64,000 bases of DNA from an uncultured delta proteobacterium (GCA_963755125.1 CAVWIP010000010.1:256001-320000); one strand, 5' to 3'. Counted from the first letter of the stretch, positions 1 to 9,617 are shown. Notes: generated from the sequence alone by a model not told the origin. A program made the numbers and translations.

Positions 1-830
1 AAGATCTCGCGCGCGCGAGGACGCACGCGCAGGGCCGCGCACAGGCCAAGGCCGAGCGCCAAGGCGCCGGTGTAGATCACCAAGGGCGTGTCCGAATGCC
101 ACGCCAGGGGACGGAACTCGTCCACGGGATGGATGGCGAAGATGTCGGCGTGGAAGATGAGATAGCGGAAGATGCCCGGACCGACCGGCGTGGCCATCAG
201 GGCCAGAGTGCAAAGCGCGGCGGCCAGCGCATGGTTGAACAGAGCCCGTCGAGAACCAGGCGACCGGGCGATGACTGCGCCGGCCAGCACGCCCAGTCCC
301 GCCAGAGCGACGAGCACAGGGCCGACAAACGCGCCCGCGTGCAGATTGGCCCACAGAGCGACGACAGGCACGAGCAGCCAGGCCGTGCGACGGCCGTCCT
401 GCAAGGCGGGCAGCAGGGATAGCACTACGACCTCGCCCAGCAGGGACACCACATGCGGCCGTTCCACCAGGCGCTCGCTCATACAGAAAGCGGCAGCCGC
501 GAGCACCAGTGCTGCAATCACGCGGCCAGAACCACGCCGGCGCAGCAAGAGATAGGCGGCCACGAAGGTCGCCACGACGATGGCGGTCTTGCCCACGACC
601 ACGGCGGGAAAACCGCCCAGGCGATACAACCAGGCGGTCGCTATGTCGAACAGCCAGGCGCTATCCAGGTAGGGCTGGTCGGGAAAAGTGAACGAAAATA
701 GATTGCGGCCGGGCACATGACCGGTGCGCAGGATCTCCTGGCCATTGGCCAGACGAAAGAAGAGATCCGTCTCCTGGAGCGGGACCAGGCAGAGGCCGGC
801 GACGAAGAGTACGAGCCCCAGGAGCGCCAT
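1..830 (-). CDS. Integral membrane protein, probable GT-C fold glycosyltransferase-like (partial, runs off the window start)
   Basis: Not in the ORF track. Manual minus-strand translation from ATG 830: MALLGLVLFVAGLCLVPLQETDLFFRLANGQEILRTGHVPGRNLFSFTFPDQPYLDSAWLFD...HPVDEFRPLAW, with several hydrophobic segments. Start may lie slightly upstream. Confidence 0.7.
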   Translation of the reverse strand, partial: MALLGLVLFVAGLCLVPLQETDLFFRLANGQEILRTGHVPGRNLFSFTFPDQPYLDSAWLFDIATAWLYRLGGFPAVVVGKTAIVVATFVAAYLLLRRRGSGRVIAALVLAAAAFCMSERLVERPHVVSLLGEVVVLSLLPALQDGRRTAWLLVPVVALWANLHAGAFVGPVLVALAGLGVLAGAVIARSPGSRRALFNHALAAALCTLALMATPVGPGIFRYLIFHADIFAIHPVDEFRPLAWHSDTPLVIYTGALALGLGLCAALRVRPRAREI

Positions 831-890
831 GAATGGCCTCTAGTCCCGCGATGGCTGCCGAAGGTTGTGGCCGTGGCCGGACTGATCACC

Positions 891-918
891 GTCGACCACG
901 ACCACGTCCACGACCACG
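891..918. repeat. Short intergenic hexamer tandem repeat (GACCAC/GTCCAC)
   Basis: gtcgaccacgaccacgtccacgaccacg between two minus-strand genes. Confidence 0.6.
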
Positions 919-931
919 GTTTTCTGGAAAG

Positions 932-1471
932 CTACTTGATCGCCTTGGAAAGTTGGATGGCCTGGGCCTTGGTGCAGACCTTGGTGGACGCCGCCACGCT
1001 GACGAAGTATCCGCGGCCCGCCATGTACAGGCCCGTGCTGCCTGCAACCTGCGCCTCGGCCTTGGGCGACTTCGCCTTGTCGGTGACCCAGACCTTGCCC
1101 ACCTTCTTGAAGCTCATGAAGGGATCCGTGGGCTTCTCCAGCACTTCCTTGGCGATGGGCGAGTAGACCTGCACGTAGGTGCTGTCTTCGCTTTCACCCG
1201 CGACCTTGAACACGTACTTGCAGGTGTCTTTCGAACCGACTTCGCCCAAGTAGGTGGCGTCCGACTTGCCGCAAGCCGCGTACACGGCGTCCTTGCTCAG
1301 GTGAAGCGTGACGTCCGGGCTGCAGCACTTGCCGCCGCCGTACGCCTTGCAATTGCCCGCGGCTGCCGCCGCAGGCGCGTTCGGCGCTGCCTCGGGCCGC
1401 GACGGGATTGCCAGAACAAGGGCCGCAAGCGCCACGGCCGAACCAAGAACCAAGCTGCGTGTGAGGGTCAT
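932..1471 (-). CDS. Secreted Cys-containing hypothetical protein
   Basis: Signal peptide MTLTRSLVLGSAVALAALVLA; several Cys; Lys-rich, coding-like composition. Confidence 0.75.
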   Translation of the reverse strand: MTLTRSLVLGSAVALAALVLAIPSRPEAAPNAPAAAAAGNCKAYGGGKCCSPDVTLHLSKDAVYAACGKSDATYLGEVGSKDTCKYVFKVAGESEDSTYVQVYSPIAKEVLEKPTDPFMSFKKVGKVWVTDKAKSPKAEAQVAGSTGLYMAGRGYFVSVAASTKVCTKAQAIQLSKAIK

Positions 1472-1506
1472 GGCGGCAAATCCTACCACCGTCCGCCGGG
1501 TCGGGG

Positions 1507-2589
1507 TTACGGTTTGAACGCCGGCCAGGAAACGCCCAGAAACACCGGCTCGGGCACAAGCGTGATTCCCAAGCGCAACGCCACGGTGTCGCGCACGTGA
1601 ACCGCCAGGCGAATGAGATCGGCCGTGGAGCCGCCGCCGTGATGGACCAGGGCCAGGGCGTGCCTGCTGGAAACGCCGACCGGGCCCATGCGCAGGCCGC
1701 GCTGCACGCCCGCACGTTCCACCAGCCAGCCAGCAGCCAGCTTCACGCGGCCGTCGGGCAGCGGATACTGCGGCACTTCTTCAGGTGCCTGCACTATTCT
1801 TTCGGCCACGGCCTGGGCCGATACCGCCGCGGCCTGATCCGCGCTAACGATGGGATTGGTGAAAAACGACCCGGCGCTGCGCCGGTTGGGATCGTTGGCG
1901 TCGTACACCATGGACTTCTTGCGCCGCAGATCGAGCACGGCCTCGCGCACCTCCGCCAGCGACGCTCGCGCCCGGCCCGCCAGCGCGTTTGCCAGTTCCC
2001 GGTACGCGACCATCGGCTCCGCGCCCGGCCGGAGCGCGAAGCTCGCCGACAGCACGATGGCCCGCTCCGGATCGCGCTTGAACACACTGTTGCGATACGC
2101 GAAGCCGCACTCGGCGGCTGGCAGCTCGCGCACCTGCAGGGTGCGCCGGTCGAGCACGCGCAACGAGCAAAGCGTATCCGCCACCTCCTGGCCGTAGGCA
2201 CCGACATTCTGAATCGGCGTCGCGCCTGCGCTGCCCGGGATCCCCGACAGACATTCGATGCCCGCGAGATCGCGCGCCACCGCAGCGGCGACGACGTCAT
2301 CCCATGGCTCAGCGGCCTGCGCTTCCAGCAAAACATGATCGCCCTGGCTGCGAAATTCCGTTCCCCGTGCAGCCAATTGCAGCACCAGCCCGAAAAAGCC
2401 TGCCTCGCCCACCACCACATTCGATCCACCGCCCAGGACGAACACCGGTAGGTTCCGTTCCCCTGCCCAGCGCAGCGCCCACACCACATCCTCGCTGGTC
2501 GCCGCCTGGCAAAAGAAGCGCGCCGGTCCGCCCAACTCGAAGGTGGTCAGCGGCGCCAGGGGAACGTCTCGATGGATGACAGGTGGCAA
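1507..2589 (-). CDS. murB: UDP-N-acetylenolpyruvoylglucosamine reductase
   Basis: TTFELGGPA, LGGGSNV, GIPGSAGATPIQNVGAYG, FAYRNSVFK, SAGSFFTNP and the terminal EP motif. Confidence 0.95.
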   Translation of the reverse strand: MPPVIHRDVPLAPLTTFELGGPARFFCQAATSEDVVWALRWAGERNLPVFVLGGGSNVVVGEAGFFGLVLQLAARGTEFRSQGDHVLLEAQAAEPWDDVVAAAVARDLAGIECLSGIPGSAGATPIQNVGAYGQEVADTLCSLRVLDRRTLQVRELPAAECGFAYRNSVFKRDPERAIVLSASFALRPGAEPMVAYRELANALAGRARASLAEVREAVLDLRRKKSMVYDANDPNRRSAGSFFTNPIVSADQAAAVSAQAVAERIVQAPEEVPQYPLPDGRVKLAAGWLVERAGVQRGLRMGPVGVSSRHALALVHHGGGSTADLIRLAVHVRDTVALRLGITLVPEPVFLGVSWPAFKP

Positions 2590-2595
2590 GCTTGT

Positions 2596-3339
2596 TTACT
2601 CAGCAACGAAACGGTACCCGCTCCCTCGAATGGTCAGCAGGTGTTTCGGCTGCTCGGGATCTCGCTCCAGCTTGGCGCGCAACTGGGCGATGAAGTTGTC
2701 CACCGTGCGCGCTTGACCGGGATGTTCCAGACCCCAGACCTGGCGCACCAGTTCCTCGCGCGAAAAGACCCGGCCGCCACTGCGGGCCAGGAAGACGAGC
2801 AACTCAAATTCCCGATGCGTGAGTTTGATCGGGCTGCCCGCGCGCGCCACCGTGCGCGTGTCGAGGTTGATCACCACGTCGCCGAAACGAATCTCGGCCT
2901 TCTTGCCGTCGCTGCCCAGCGAGTCGACCGGCGTATCTTGCCGGGGCAAATGCATGCGCACGCGCCGGAGCAGGGCCGCGACCCGAGCCAGCAGTTCGGC
3001 CAGCGCGAATGGCTTGGTCACATAGTCGTCCGCGCCCAGTTGCAGGGCAGCCACCTTGTCGAACTCGTCCTGGCGCGCGGACAGTACGATCACCGGTACG
3101 TGGTTGCCGGCTTCGCGCAGTCGTTGCAGAACCCAGATGCCACTTTGCTTGGGCAACGAGATGTCGAGCAAGACCAGATCCGGCCGGCCCTCTTCGATGC
3201 GCGTACGCGCCGTCTCGCCGTCGCCGACCGCTTCCGTGCGGTAGCCTTGCAAGCGCAGGTTCAGCGACAAGCCCTCCGCGATGGCCGCGTCGTCCTCGAC
3301 GATGATCACCAGCTGGCCTTCGTCGCCGGAACTGCTCAT
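2596..3339 (-). CDS. OmpR/PhoB family response regulator
   Basis: Receiver (VEDD, LLDISLP, GADDYVTKPF) plus winged helix (LTHREFELL, RTVDNFIAQLRAKLE, TIRGSGYRF); ATG overlaps the kinase stop. Confidence 0.92.
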   Translation of the reverse strand: MSSSGDEGQLVIIVEDDAAIAEGLSLNLRLQGYRTEAVGDGETARTRIEEGRPDLVLLDISLPKQSGIWVLQRLREAGNHVPVIVLSARQDEFDKVAALQLGADDYVTKPFALAELLARVAALLRRVRMHLPRQDTPVDSLGSDGKKAEIRFGDVVINLDTRTVARAGSPIKLTHREFELLVFLARSGGRVFSREELVRQVWGLEHPGQARTVDNFIAQLRAKLERDPEQPKHLLTIRGSGYRFVAE

Positions 3340-4265
3340 GCCGCCTCCACAGATTGCCGTGGCAGCAAGATGCGAAACCGTGCCCCGCAATTCTCTTCCG
3401 AGCGAACATCGATCTTGCCCGAATGGGCGGTCACGATGGCCCGCACCACCGCCAGCCCCAGCCCGGTGCCCGTACTGCCCCCGTTGACCGCGGCCGAGCC
3501 ACGCTGGAACTTCTTGAAAATGGCCTTGTGCTCAGAGCCGGGGATGCCCACGCCGTTGTCAGCGACCACGATGGACACCTGGGTCGCGTCGCCGCTGGCC
3601 TGCAACTCGATGCGCTTGCCTTGCGGTGGGGTGTATTTCCAGGCATTGCTCAGCAGATTCGCCAGGGCCTGAGCCAGCGCGGACTGGTCCCCGTTGACCG
3701 TCAGCCCCGGCTCCACGTTCACTCTCAGATCGACCTCGGTTCCAAACCGTATGGCTTCAAAAGCGACCAGCGCCTCGTTCACGATGTCGGCCACGGCGAC
3801 GGGTCGGCGGTCAAAGGCCGCATGGCGGGATTCGATGCGCGAAAGGGTCAGCAACTTGGCCACCAGACCGTCGAGGCGGGCCAGTTCCTGGTGGATCACG
3901 GTCAGGCAGCGCTGCTTCTCGGCGGGATCGTGGACCCGATCCTCGCGCAGGGTATCGATGAAGAGACGGATCGAGGTCAAGGGGGTGCGCAACTCGTGCG
4001 ACACCGAGGAGAGAAACTCGTTCTGCACGGCCGCCAGACTCGCTCCCCGAGCGACCAGGATCGTCCCAAGCACGTAGCCAGCCAGGGCTGTCGCGCAGAA
4101 GGCAAGCACCAAAATCCCGCCCACCACGGCCGCTGACTTCGATCCGCCGGTGGCCAACAGCACGATCCCGATCACGGTCATCAACACCGTCGGGATCAGC
4201 GCAGTCAGCATGAAGACCATGCGGGCGCGCTGCAGGAAAATGATGGTCGGTGACCGAATCTTCAC
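3336..4265 (-). CDS. Membrane sensor histidine kinase (HisKA + HATPase)
   Basis: Two TM helices, SHELRTPLT H-box, NLLSNAWKY N-box, DNGVG and GTGLGL boxes. Confidence 0.92.
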   Translation of the reverse strand: MKIRSPTIIFLQRARMVFMLTALIPTVLMTVIGIVLLATGGSKSAAVVGGILVLAFCATALAGYVLGTILVARGASLAAVQNEFLSSVSHELRTPLTSIRLFIDTLREDRVHDPAEKQRCLTVIHQELARLDGLVAKLLTLSRIESRHAAFDRRPVAVADIVNEALVAFEAIRFGTEVDLRVNVEPGLTVNGDQSALAQALANLLSNAWKYTPPQGKRIELQASGDATQVSIVVADNGVGIPGSEHKAIFKKFQRGSAAVNGGSTGTGLGLAVVRAIVTAHSGKIDVRSEENCGARFRILLPRQSVEAA

Positions 4266-4467
4266 GCCACCATTTTGTCAGAATGCCGGCATTGCCGCCC
4301 CGGAAAAACGGGGTGGCGTACCGACCCCTTTGTCAGCGACCCGCAACGGCTCGGTCATATTTGTGTCAGCGATGGGCGCCCAGCGGCCAGGCGCGGAAAA
4401 CTCCATCGCGTCAAGATGTGACCGTGTCGTGACAGCGGCCTGACGGCGAAACGAGTAGTAAAGGGCC

Positions 4468-6018
4468 ATGAGAATACTGTGCCTCTACCCTGCCTTTCCC
4501 CGCACCTACTGGGGGCACGAAGATGCTCTGCGGCTGATGGGCAAGCGATCTCTGCTGCCGCCGCTGGGGCTGCTCACTGTGGCTGCGCTACTGCCTAAGG
4601 ACTGGGAGGTCCGCCTTTGCGACCTGAACGTCCGGGCCCTGGCGTCCGATGAACTGCAGTGGGCCGACGCGGTTTTCCTGTCCGGAATGCTGGTCCAGCG
4701 CGACTCCTTGCTGGAGCTTGCGGCGCAGGCGCGGGCCGCGGGAAAGGTGGTGGTGGTGGGAGGACCGGTCGCCACCACCAGCCCCGAGTTGCTCACGCCG
4801 TATGCGGATTGTGTCGTGTCCGGCGAGGCCGAGGAGTTGATGGCGCCCCTGTGCGAAGCCCTGGCCAAGGACGCCGACCTTCCCGCGCACATGGCCGCGC
4901 CCCGCCGCCCCGAACTACGCACCCTGCCCCCTCCGCGCTACGATCTGCTCGACGTCAAGGCGTACCACTCGCTGTCCGTGCAGTGGAGTCGTGGTTGTCC
5001 CTTCAACTGCGAGTTCTGCGACATCATCGAGGTGTTCGGCCGCCACCCGCGCACCAAATCGCCGGCCCAGTTGTGCAACGAGCTCGATGCCATTCTGGCC
5101 ACTGGGTTTCGCGGAACCGTGTTCCTTTCCGACGACAACCTGGTGGGCAACAAGGTGGAAACCCTGCGCCTGTTGACTGTCTTGCGACAGTGGATGGAGC
5201 AGCACCGCTTCCCGTTCCAGTTCTACTCCGAGGCCAGCATCAACCTGGCCGCCTCGGATGAACTGATGGACGCGATGGTGCGCGCCGGCTTCGACTCCGT
5301 GTTCGTGGGCATCGAGACCCCGTCGACCGAGGCCCTGCGCGAAACCCACAAGGCGCAGAATCTCGCCGTCGACCTGCACGAGGCCGTGGAAAAGCTGGTT
5401 CGCGGCGGGCTCGATGTGTCGGCCGGGTTCATCGTGGGCTTCGATTCTGACGACACCGCCGCCATCGAACGCCAGCGCGAATGGATCGCAAATTCCTGCA
5501 TTCCACAGGCCATGGTGGGTATTCTGGGCGCGCTGCCCGGCACTCAGTTGGAGCGGCGCCTGATTCGCGAAGGCCGCATGCTGGAACGATCCAGCGGCGA
5601 AACCTTCGGGCGCGCCAATTTCCGCACCAAGATGGACGAGGTCGAACTGCTGGAGTCGTATCGCCGCCTGCTCGCCAGTCTTTACGCCCCGGCCGCGTAC
5701 TTCGAACGGGTAAGGCGGGTGCTTGAACTACGGCCCCACAGCGACTCCCACTTCAGCCTGCCCTGGCACTATGCTTTGCGCTGCGTGCTCTCGTCGATGC
5801 TTCACCAGGGCGTGCTCGGTCGCTACCGCCGCACCTACTGGCGCTTCCTAGGGCGGATTCTCTGGCGAGCCCCCAAGCGGATGGCGCGCGCCTTCTCCCT
5901 CGCCATTTCGGGCGAGCACATGATCCGCTACACGGCCGAGGACGTGTTGCCTCGACTCCAGTTGGCCATCGAGCAGGTGCGCGCCGAGCGCGAGGCCAGT
6001 CGCCAGGCAGCGGCGTAG
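4468..6018 (+). CDS. B12-binding radical SAM protein (DUF4070-type C-terminus)
   Basis: PPLGLLTVAALLP, GGP, SRGCPFNCEFC (CxxxCxxC), FVGIETP, GFIVGFDSD. Confidence 0.9.
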   Translation: MRILCLYPAFPRTYWGHEDALRLMGKRSLLPPLGLLTVAALLPKDWEVRLCDLNVRALASDELQWADAVFLSGMLVQRDSLLELAAQARAAGKVVVVGGPVATTSPELLTPYADCVVSGEAEELMAPLCEALAKDADLPAHMAAPRRPELRTLPPPRYDLLDVKAYHSLSVQWSRGCPFNCEFCDIIEVFGRHPRTKSPAQLCNELDAILATGFRGTVFLSDDNLVGNKVETLRLLTVLRQWMEQHRFPFQFYSEASINLAASDELMDAMVRAGFDSVFVGIETPSTEALRETHKAQNLAVDLHEAVEKLVRGGLDVSAGFIVGFDSDDTAAIERQREWIANSCIPQAMVGILGALPGTQLERRLIREGRMLERSSGETFGRANFRTKMDEVELLESYRRLLASLYAPAAYFERVRRVLELRPHSDSHFSLPWHYALRCVLSSMLHQGVLGRYRRTYWRFLGRILWRAPKRMARAFSLAISGEHMIRYTAEDVLPRLQLAIEQVRAEREASRQAAA

Positions 6019-6065
6019 GCCGCCTCTCGTCGATTCGTACCGGGTTGGGTGGCGGAGCTGACGGC

Positions 6066-6145
6066 GGCGAGGGCGCGCGCGAAGCGCGCGGGCTGGCCAG
6101 GGTGGGGTGGCGGGTTCCGAAGTCCCCCGCAGGGGGAGCCGGTGG
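6066..6145. repeat. REP-like palindromic intergenic element, copy 1
   Basis: 27-nt exact match GGCGAGGGCGCGCGCGAAGCGCGCGGG shared with 6841, followed by ccgaagtcccccgcaggggga; two GNA-triloop hairpins. Confidence 0.75.
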
Positions 6146-6333
6146 CCGAAGCCCGATCCGGTTCCGGATTCGCTTCCGGATCCAGCGACCGGTGCCGGCC
6201 CTCGGAACCGGCAGCCTGAACCAGTCAGCGCTTTCCGCGAATCTGCGCTGCTCAAAACGCAGAAAGGCTATCCCGCGCTGAGCGCGGAGTAGCCTTGTCA
6301 ATCAGTCTGCTGGCGCGATCCCGTGGGAGGCGT

Positions 6334-6630
6334 TTACCAGCGCCCGCCACCACCGCGCCCGCCGCCACCGCCGCCACCGGTGCGCTCGCGCGCCTCGCTG
6401 ACAGTGATCGTGCGGCCCTGCAAGTCGCGCCCGTTGAGGCTTCCGATGGCGTGGGCAGCCCCTGCATCGGTGGCCATCTCCACGAAAGCGAAACCACGCG
6501 GACGCCCGGTTTCCCTGTCCGTGACCAGCTTCACCTCGGACACCTCGTGGCCCTCGGCCTTGAAAGCCTCACGCAGATCAGCCTCGGTGATCGAAAACGA
6601 CAAATTCCCAACGTACAGTCTCTTACCCAT
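6334..6630 (-). CDS. RRM RNA-binding protein with Gly/Arg tail (paralog 1)
   Basis: RNP2 LYVGNL, RNP1 RGFAFVEM, GGGGGGGRGGGGRW tail; GGAG RBS upstream. Confidence 0.93.
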   Translation of the reverse strand: MGKRLYVGNLSFSITEADLREAFKAEGHEVSEVKLVTDRETGRPRGFAFVEMATDAGAAHAIGSLNGRDLQGRTITVSEARERTGGGGGGGRGGGGRW

Positions 6631-6793
6631 ATCACGGCTCCTTGTTCTTTTTTGCACGGGTCAAATCCCGCGCACAGCCCGGTGTCAAGCGAGCCGACCG
6701 GCTGTGCATAGCCCAACCTTCGGGCAAGCGCCATCAATATCGTCGTGGAAAGCGACGATTCTTCGGCCAACGATCCGATGCGGCTACTTTCAT

Positions 6794-6814
6794 GGGAACC
6801 CTAAAAGGGTTCCC
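6794..6814. other. Perfect 8-bp hairpin between rpoZ and RRM1 (possible terminator or regulatory stem)
   Basis: GGGAACCC-TAAAA-GGGTTCCC; no clear U-tract. Confidence 0.4.
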
Positions 6815-6840
6815 AACCCCTCCCGCGATGGTTCGCCGCC

Positions 6841-6920
6841 GGCGAGGGCGCGCGCGAAGCGCGCGGGGTGGGCAGGGTGGCGGGTCGTCCCGAAGTCCCC
6901 GCAGGGGACAAAGCCGGCGG
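6841..6920. repeat. REP-like palindromic intergenic element, copy 2
   Basis: Same orientation and 27-nt core as 6066, followed by ccgaagtccccgcagggga...gccgg. Confidence 0.75.
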
Positions 6921-6933
6921 GCTCCCCACGCGG

Positions 6934-7236
6934 CTAGCGTTTCCGCCCGGCCGTCGAGGCGGATGGCTCCAGGTTGCCGCTCCGTCGCCGCTTGCGGGAT
7001 CCGTCGAGAGCCTTGACGGAATCGACGTGCGCCTGCAGAACCTCGTCCAGCGACTCGTGAAAAGAAACCTTCCCCGCTGCAATCTCACGCAAGGCGGTGA
7101 CGCTGGGGTTGTTGTCGCACTGAACCAGCGGAATCGCACCCTTGGCCAGGGATCGTGCCCGCTGGGCGCCCAGCACAGCCAGCGCGAAGTGATTCCCAAC
7201 TGCCTGAATGCAGTCCTCGACCGTAACACGTGCCAT
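6934..7236 (-). CDS. rpoZ: DNA-directed RNA polymerase omega subunit
   Basis: MARVTVEDC...NHFALAVLGAQRARSL...VTALREIAAG signature. Confidence 0.92.
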   Translation of the reverse strand: MARVTVEDCIQAVGNHFALAVLGAQRARSLAKGAIPLVQCDNNPSVTALREIAAGKVSFHESLDEVLQAHVDSVKALDGSRKRRRSGNLEPSASTAGRKR

Positions 7237-7493
7237 GTGTGTTCCTTCCGTTCAGTCCTGAGCGCTTCGGCTGCCTTGACTGCCCTGGAAACTGACCAGA
7301 AGGTCACCGCCCCGGGCGGGGAGGGAAGACGACGTGGAAAGGACGGAACCACAGTACCACGCCGAATCCGAAAGACGAGGAAGAAGAAGTGAGAAAATCC
7401 CGTCCGCCAGACGTGGGCGCAGGCCTCACCCTTGTCTTGCCCGCGCGTCTCCGCACCGGCGAGAGGGTGGGCGAAATTCACGATCCTGGCAGG

Positions 7494-7835
7494 CTACCAG
7501 CGGCCGCCCGAGCGCTCGCGACCGCCACCACCACCGAAGCCACCACGGCCGTGGCCGCGTCCGCCGCCACCGCCACCCCCGCCGGCGCCTCGCTCACGTG
7601 CCTCACTGACGCTGATCGCGCGGCCCTGGATCTCGCGGCCGTTCAACGTCCCCATGGCCTTACCCGCTTCCTCGTCGGTCGACATCTCGACAAACGCGAA
7701 GCCACGTGGCCGTCCGCTTTCGCGGTCGAGCACGACCTTCACATCGGCCACAGTACCCGTCTCGGTGAAGACCTCGCGCAGATCCGCTTCGGTCACACTG
7801 TAGGCCAGATTGCCCACGTACAGCCTTTTCGCCAT
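7494..7835 (-). CDS. RRM RNA-binding protein with Gly/Arg tail (paralog 2)
   Basis: LYVGNL, RGFAFVEM, long Gly-rich tail; GAGGAG RBS upstream. Confidence 0.93.
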   Translation of the reverse strand: MAKRLYVGNLAYSVTEADLREVFTETGTVADVKVVLDRESGRPRGFAFVEMSTDEEAGKAMGTLNGREIQGRAISVSEARERGAGGGGGGGGRGHGRGGFGGGGGRERSGGRW

Positions 7836-8004
7836 TTCGTTCTCTCCTCGTTCTTCTGTCAGTGGACGGTTCCGCGGTCCACGCGCTTGCCCTGGAAAAC
7901 GGGCCATTGTCCCTATGCGCCTCGCTAGCCGGAACGCCCTGGCTCACCAGATGGAAGACCGTGGCAGAACGGAAACGACGTGAAAAGGACTATTCTGAAC
8001 GATA

Positions 8005-9528
8005 TCAGGATGCGGCGGGAAGTCCACTGGCGTTTGCAAAGCCCTTTCTATCCGTCTGCGCCTGTTCGGCGGGCGATGGCTGGCTGTCCGGTCCTGAAAC
8101 CATGGCCGGCCGGATCTCCGCCTGCATAACCCGGTTGGCCAGAGCGACGACAAAGGCCCCAAACCACGAGTCCCGGCCCATCCCTTCATCCAACATCTTG
8201 CGTGTAACCAGGCGTACCGACACATCGGTCACGGCCTCTACCGTTGCGCCGCGCCGGCCAGGCTGGAAGACCGTCTCTTCACCGAAAACCGAGCCGCTCA
8301 CCAGTTGGCACACGGCGCTTCGCACTCCGTCCTTTGTGGTGTACGCAAGGCAGGTTCCGCGCACGACGACATAGGCCATGTCTCCCATCTCGCCCTCGGT
8401 CACGATGCGCTCGCCAGCCGCAAAAGTTTCGATGGGGAACGCAATTCCCCCTTGCAAGAATCCTTCGACGTCGCGCTTGAGCTCGATGACGCTCTGGTAG
8501 CGATCCCTTGGATCAATGGCCAGCGCCTTGCGCGTGATCTGGCAGACGTGTGCGGGCAGCGGAACGCCCCGGGACTCGTCCGGCAAATAGGGCATCTGAC
8601 CCACGCGCGCCTGTTCCAACACCTCGTCAAGCGAGTCGGCCAGGTAGAGAGGCCGCCCCGCCAGGATTGCATAGAGGACCGCGCCCAGGCCGAATACATC
8701 AGTTCGCTCGTCAACCAAGCCCTCGCTGCCCTTGGCCTGCTCGGGCGACATGTACGACGGGGATCCCACCACCCCCGTCACAACGCCGCCCGCGGCCTCG
8801 GGTGAAAGAGCCACCGCGTCGCTGCGCTCAGGCTCGCGTGCGCTCAAGCGCGACAACCCCCAGTCCATGAGATACACGGTCCCGAAGTCCTCCATGATTA
8901 TGTTCTCGGGCTTGATATCCAGGTGAAGGACGCCGCGGCTGTGAGCAAAGGCGACCGCGTCGCAAACCTTGAGAAAGGCCCCCAGCATCTCGTGCATGGT
9001 GTCCGACGGCGTCGGCGAAAGGTGTGCGGCCGTGATCCAGTCAGCCAGGGTCCGGCCGCGGACCAAGCGCATGGTGAAGGTGTTGGTTCCTTCGTGATCC
9101 AGGGTCAGGTCATGCACGGGCACGATGTTGGGATGATCGAGCTGCGCCTGGATCTGCGCCTCCGCGAGAAAGCGCCTTACGTACTTGGGGTCGGCGGCCA
9201 GCGATGGCGCCAAGACCTTCATGGCCACCTCCCGCAGCAGGTTCTTGTCGCGAACGCAGTGAACTGCCCCCATGCCGCCAGCGCCAACCTGGCTGACGTA
9301 TTCGAAGCGTCTTGCGGCCTCTTCGGTCAGCACGAGAGCCGCCCCGGCGTTGCTGGTGGCCGGCTCGGTGTCGCCGGCGCGTGGAGACGCCACGCGCCCG
9401 TGCGGCTCGGCACGCGTCACCTGCTCCGAGTCTGCGCCGCTTCGCGTCCCTTGCGTCGAGATTAGATCCCACAGACCGCCAGTCATGCAGGGCCATGGAT
9501 GCAAGCCTCGTTCCTCCGCGGTCACCAC
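8005..9528 (-). CDS. Hanks-type Ser/Thr protein kinase with C-terminal cyclic-nucleotide-binding domain
   Basis: GAGGMG, VAMK, HLDIKPEN, DWG, GSPSYMSPEQ, DVFGLG; C-terminal EGEMGD...FGE...RGATVEA (cNMP). Start uncertain. Confidence 0.9.
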   Translation of the reverse strand: MVTAEERGLHPWPCMTGGLWDLISTQGTRSGADSEQVTRAEPHGRVASPRAGDTEPATSNAGAALVLTEEAARRFEYVSQVGAGGMGAVHCVRDKNLLREVAMKVLAPSLAADPKYVRRFLAEAQIQAQLDHPNIVPVHDLTLDHEGTNTFTMRLVRGRTLADWITAAHLSPTPSDTMHEMLGAFLKVCDAVAFAHSRGVLHLDIKPENIIMEDFGTVYLMDWGLSRLSAREPERSDAVALSPEAAGGVVTGVVGSPSYMSPEQAKGSEGLVDERTDVFGLGAVLYAILAGRPLYLADSLDEVLEQARVGQMPYLPDESRGVPLPAHVCQITRKALAIDPRDRYQSVIELKRDVEGFLQGGIAFPIETFAAGERIVTEGEMGDMAYVVVRGTCLAYTTKDGVRSAVCQLVSGSVFGEETVFQPGRRGATVEAVTDVSVRLVTRKMLDEGMGRDSWFGAFVVALANRVMQAEIRPAMVSGPDSQPSPAEQAQTDRKGFANASGLPAAS

Positions 9529-9588
9529 GCATCGCGCCCATGGCTCCAGACCCGCCGCGTTTGCGCGAAACCGCCAGACCGGAGAAAG

Positions 9589-9604
9589 TGGCGCAGGTGT
9601 TGCA
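9589..9604 (+). promoter_or_regulatory. sigma54 (-24/-12) promoter
   Basis: TGGCGCAGGTGTTGCA matches TGGCACG-N4-TTGCA with exact GG-N10-GC spacing; predicted +1 lies within a few nt of ATG 9618. Confidence 0.75.
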
Positions 9605-9617
9605 CGCTGTGGAACGC

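Noticed and set aside
6150..6225. Hexamer-periodic tract (gatccg gttccg gattcg cttccg) as a small gene
   Set aside because: Low-complexity intergenic sequence between convergent genes, with no credible start or RBS.
6066..6920. Insertion sequence or composite transposon around RRM1
   Set aside because: No transposase, terminal inverted repeats or target-site duplication; kept only as a REP-like repeat.
9312..9617. N-terminal extension of the NtrC-like ORF (566 aa)
   Set aside because: It overlaps the divergent kinase start; the receiver domain and the sigma54 promoter both support ATG 9618.
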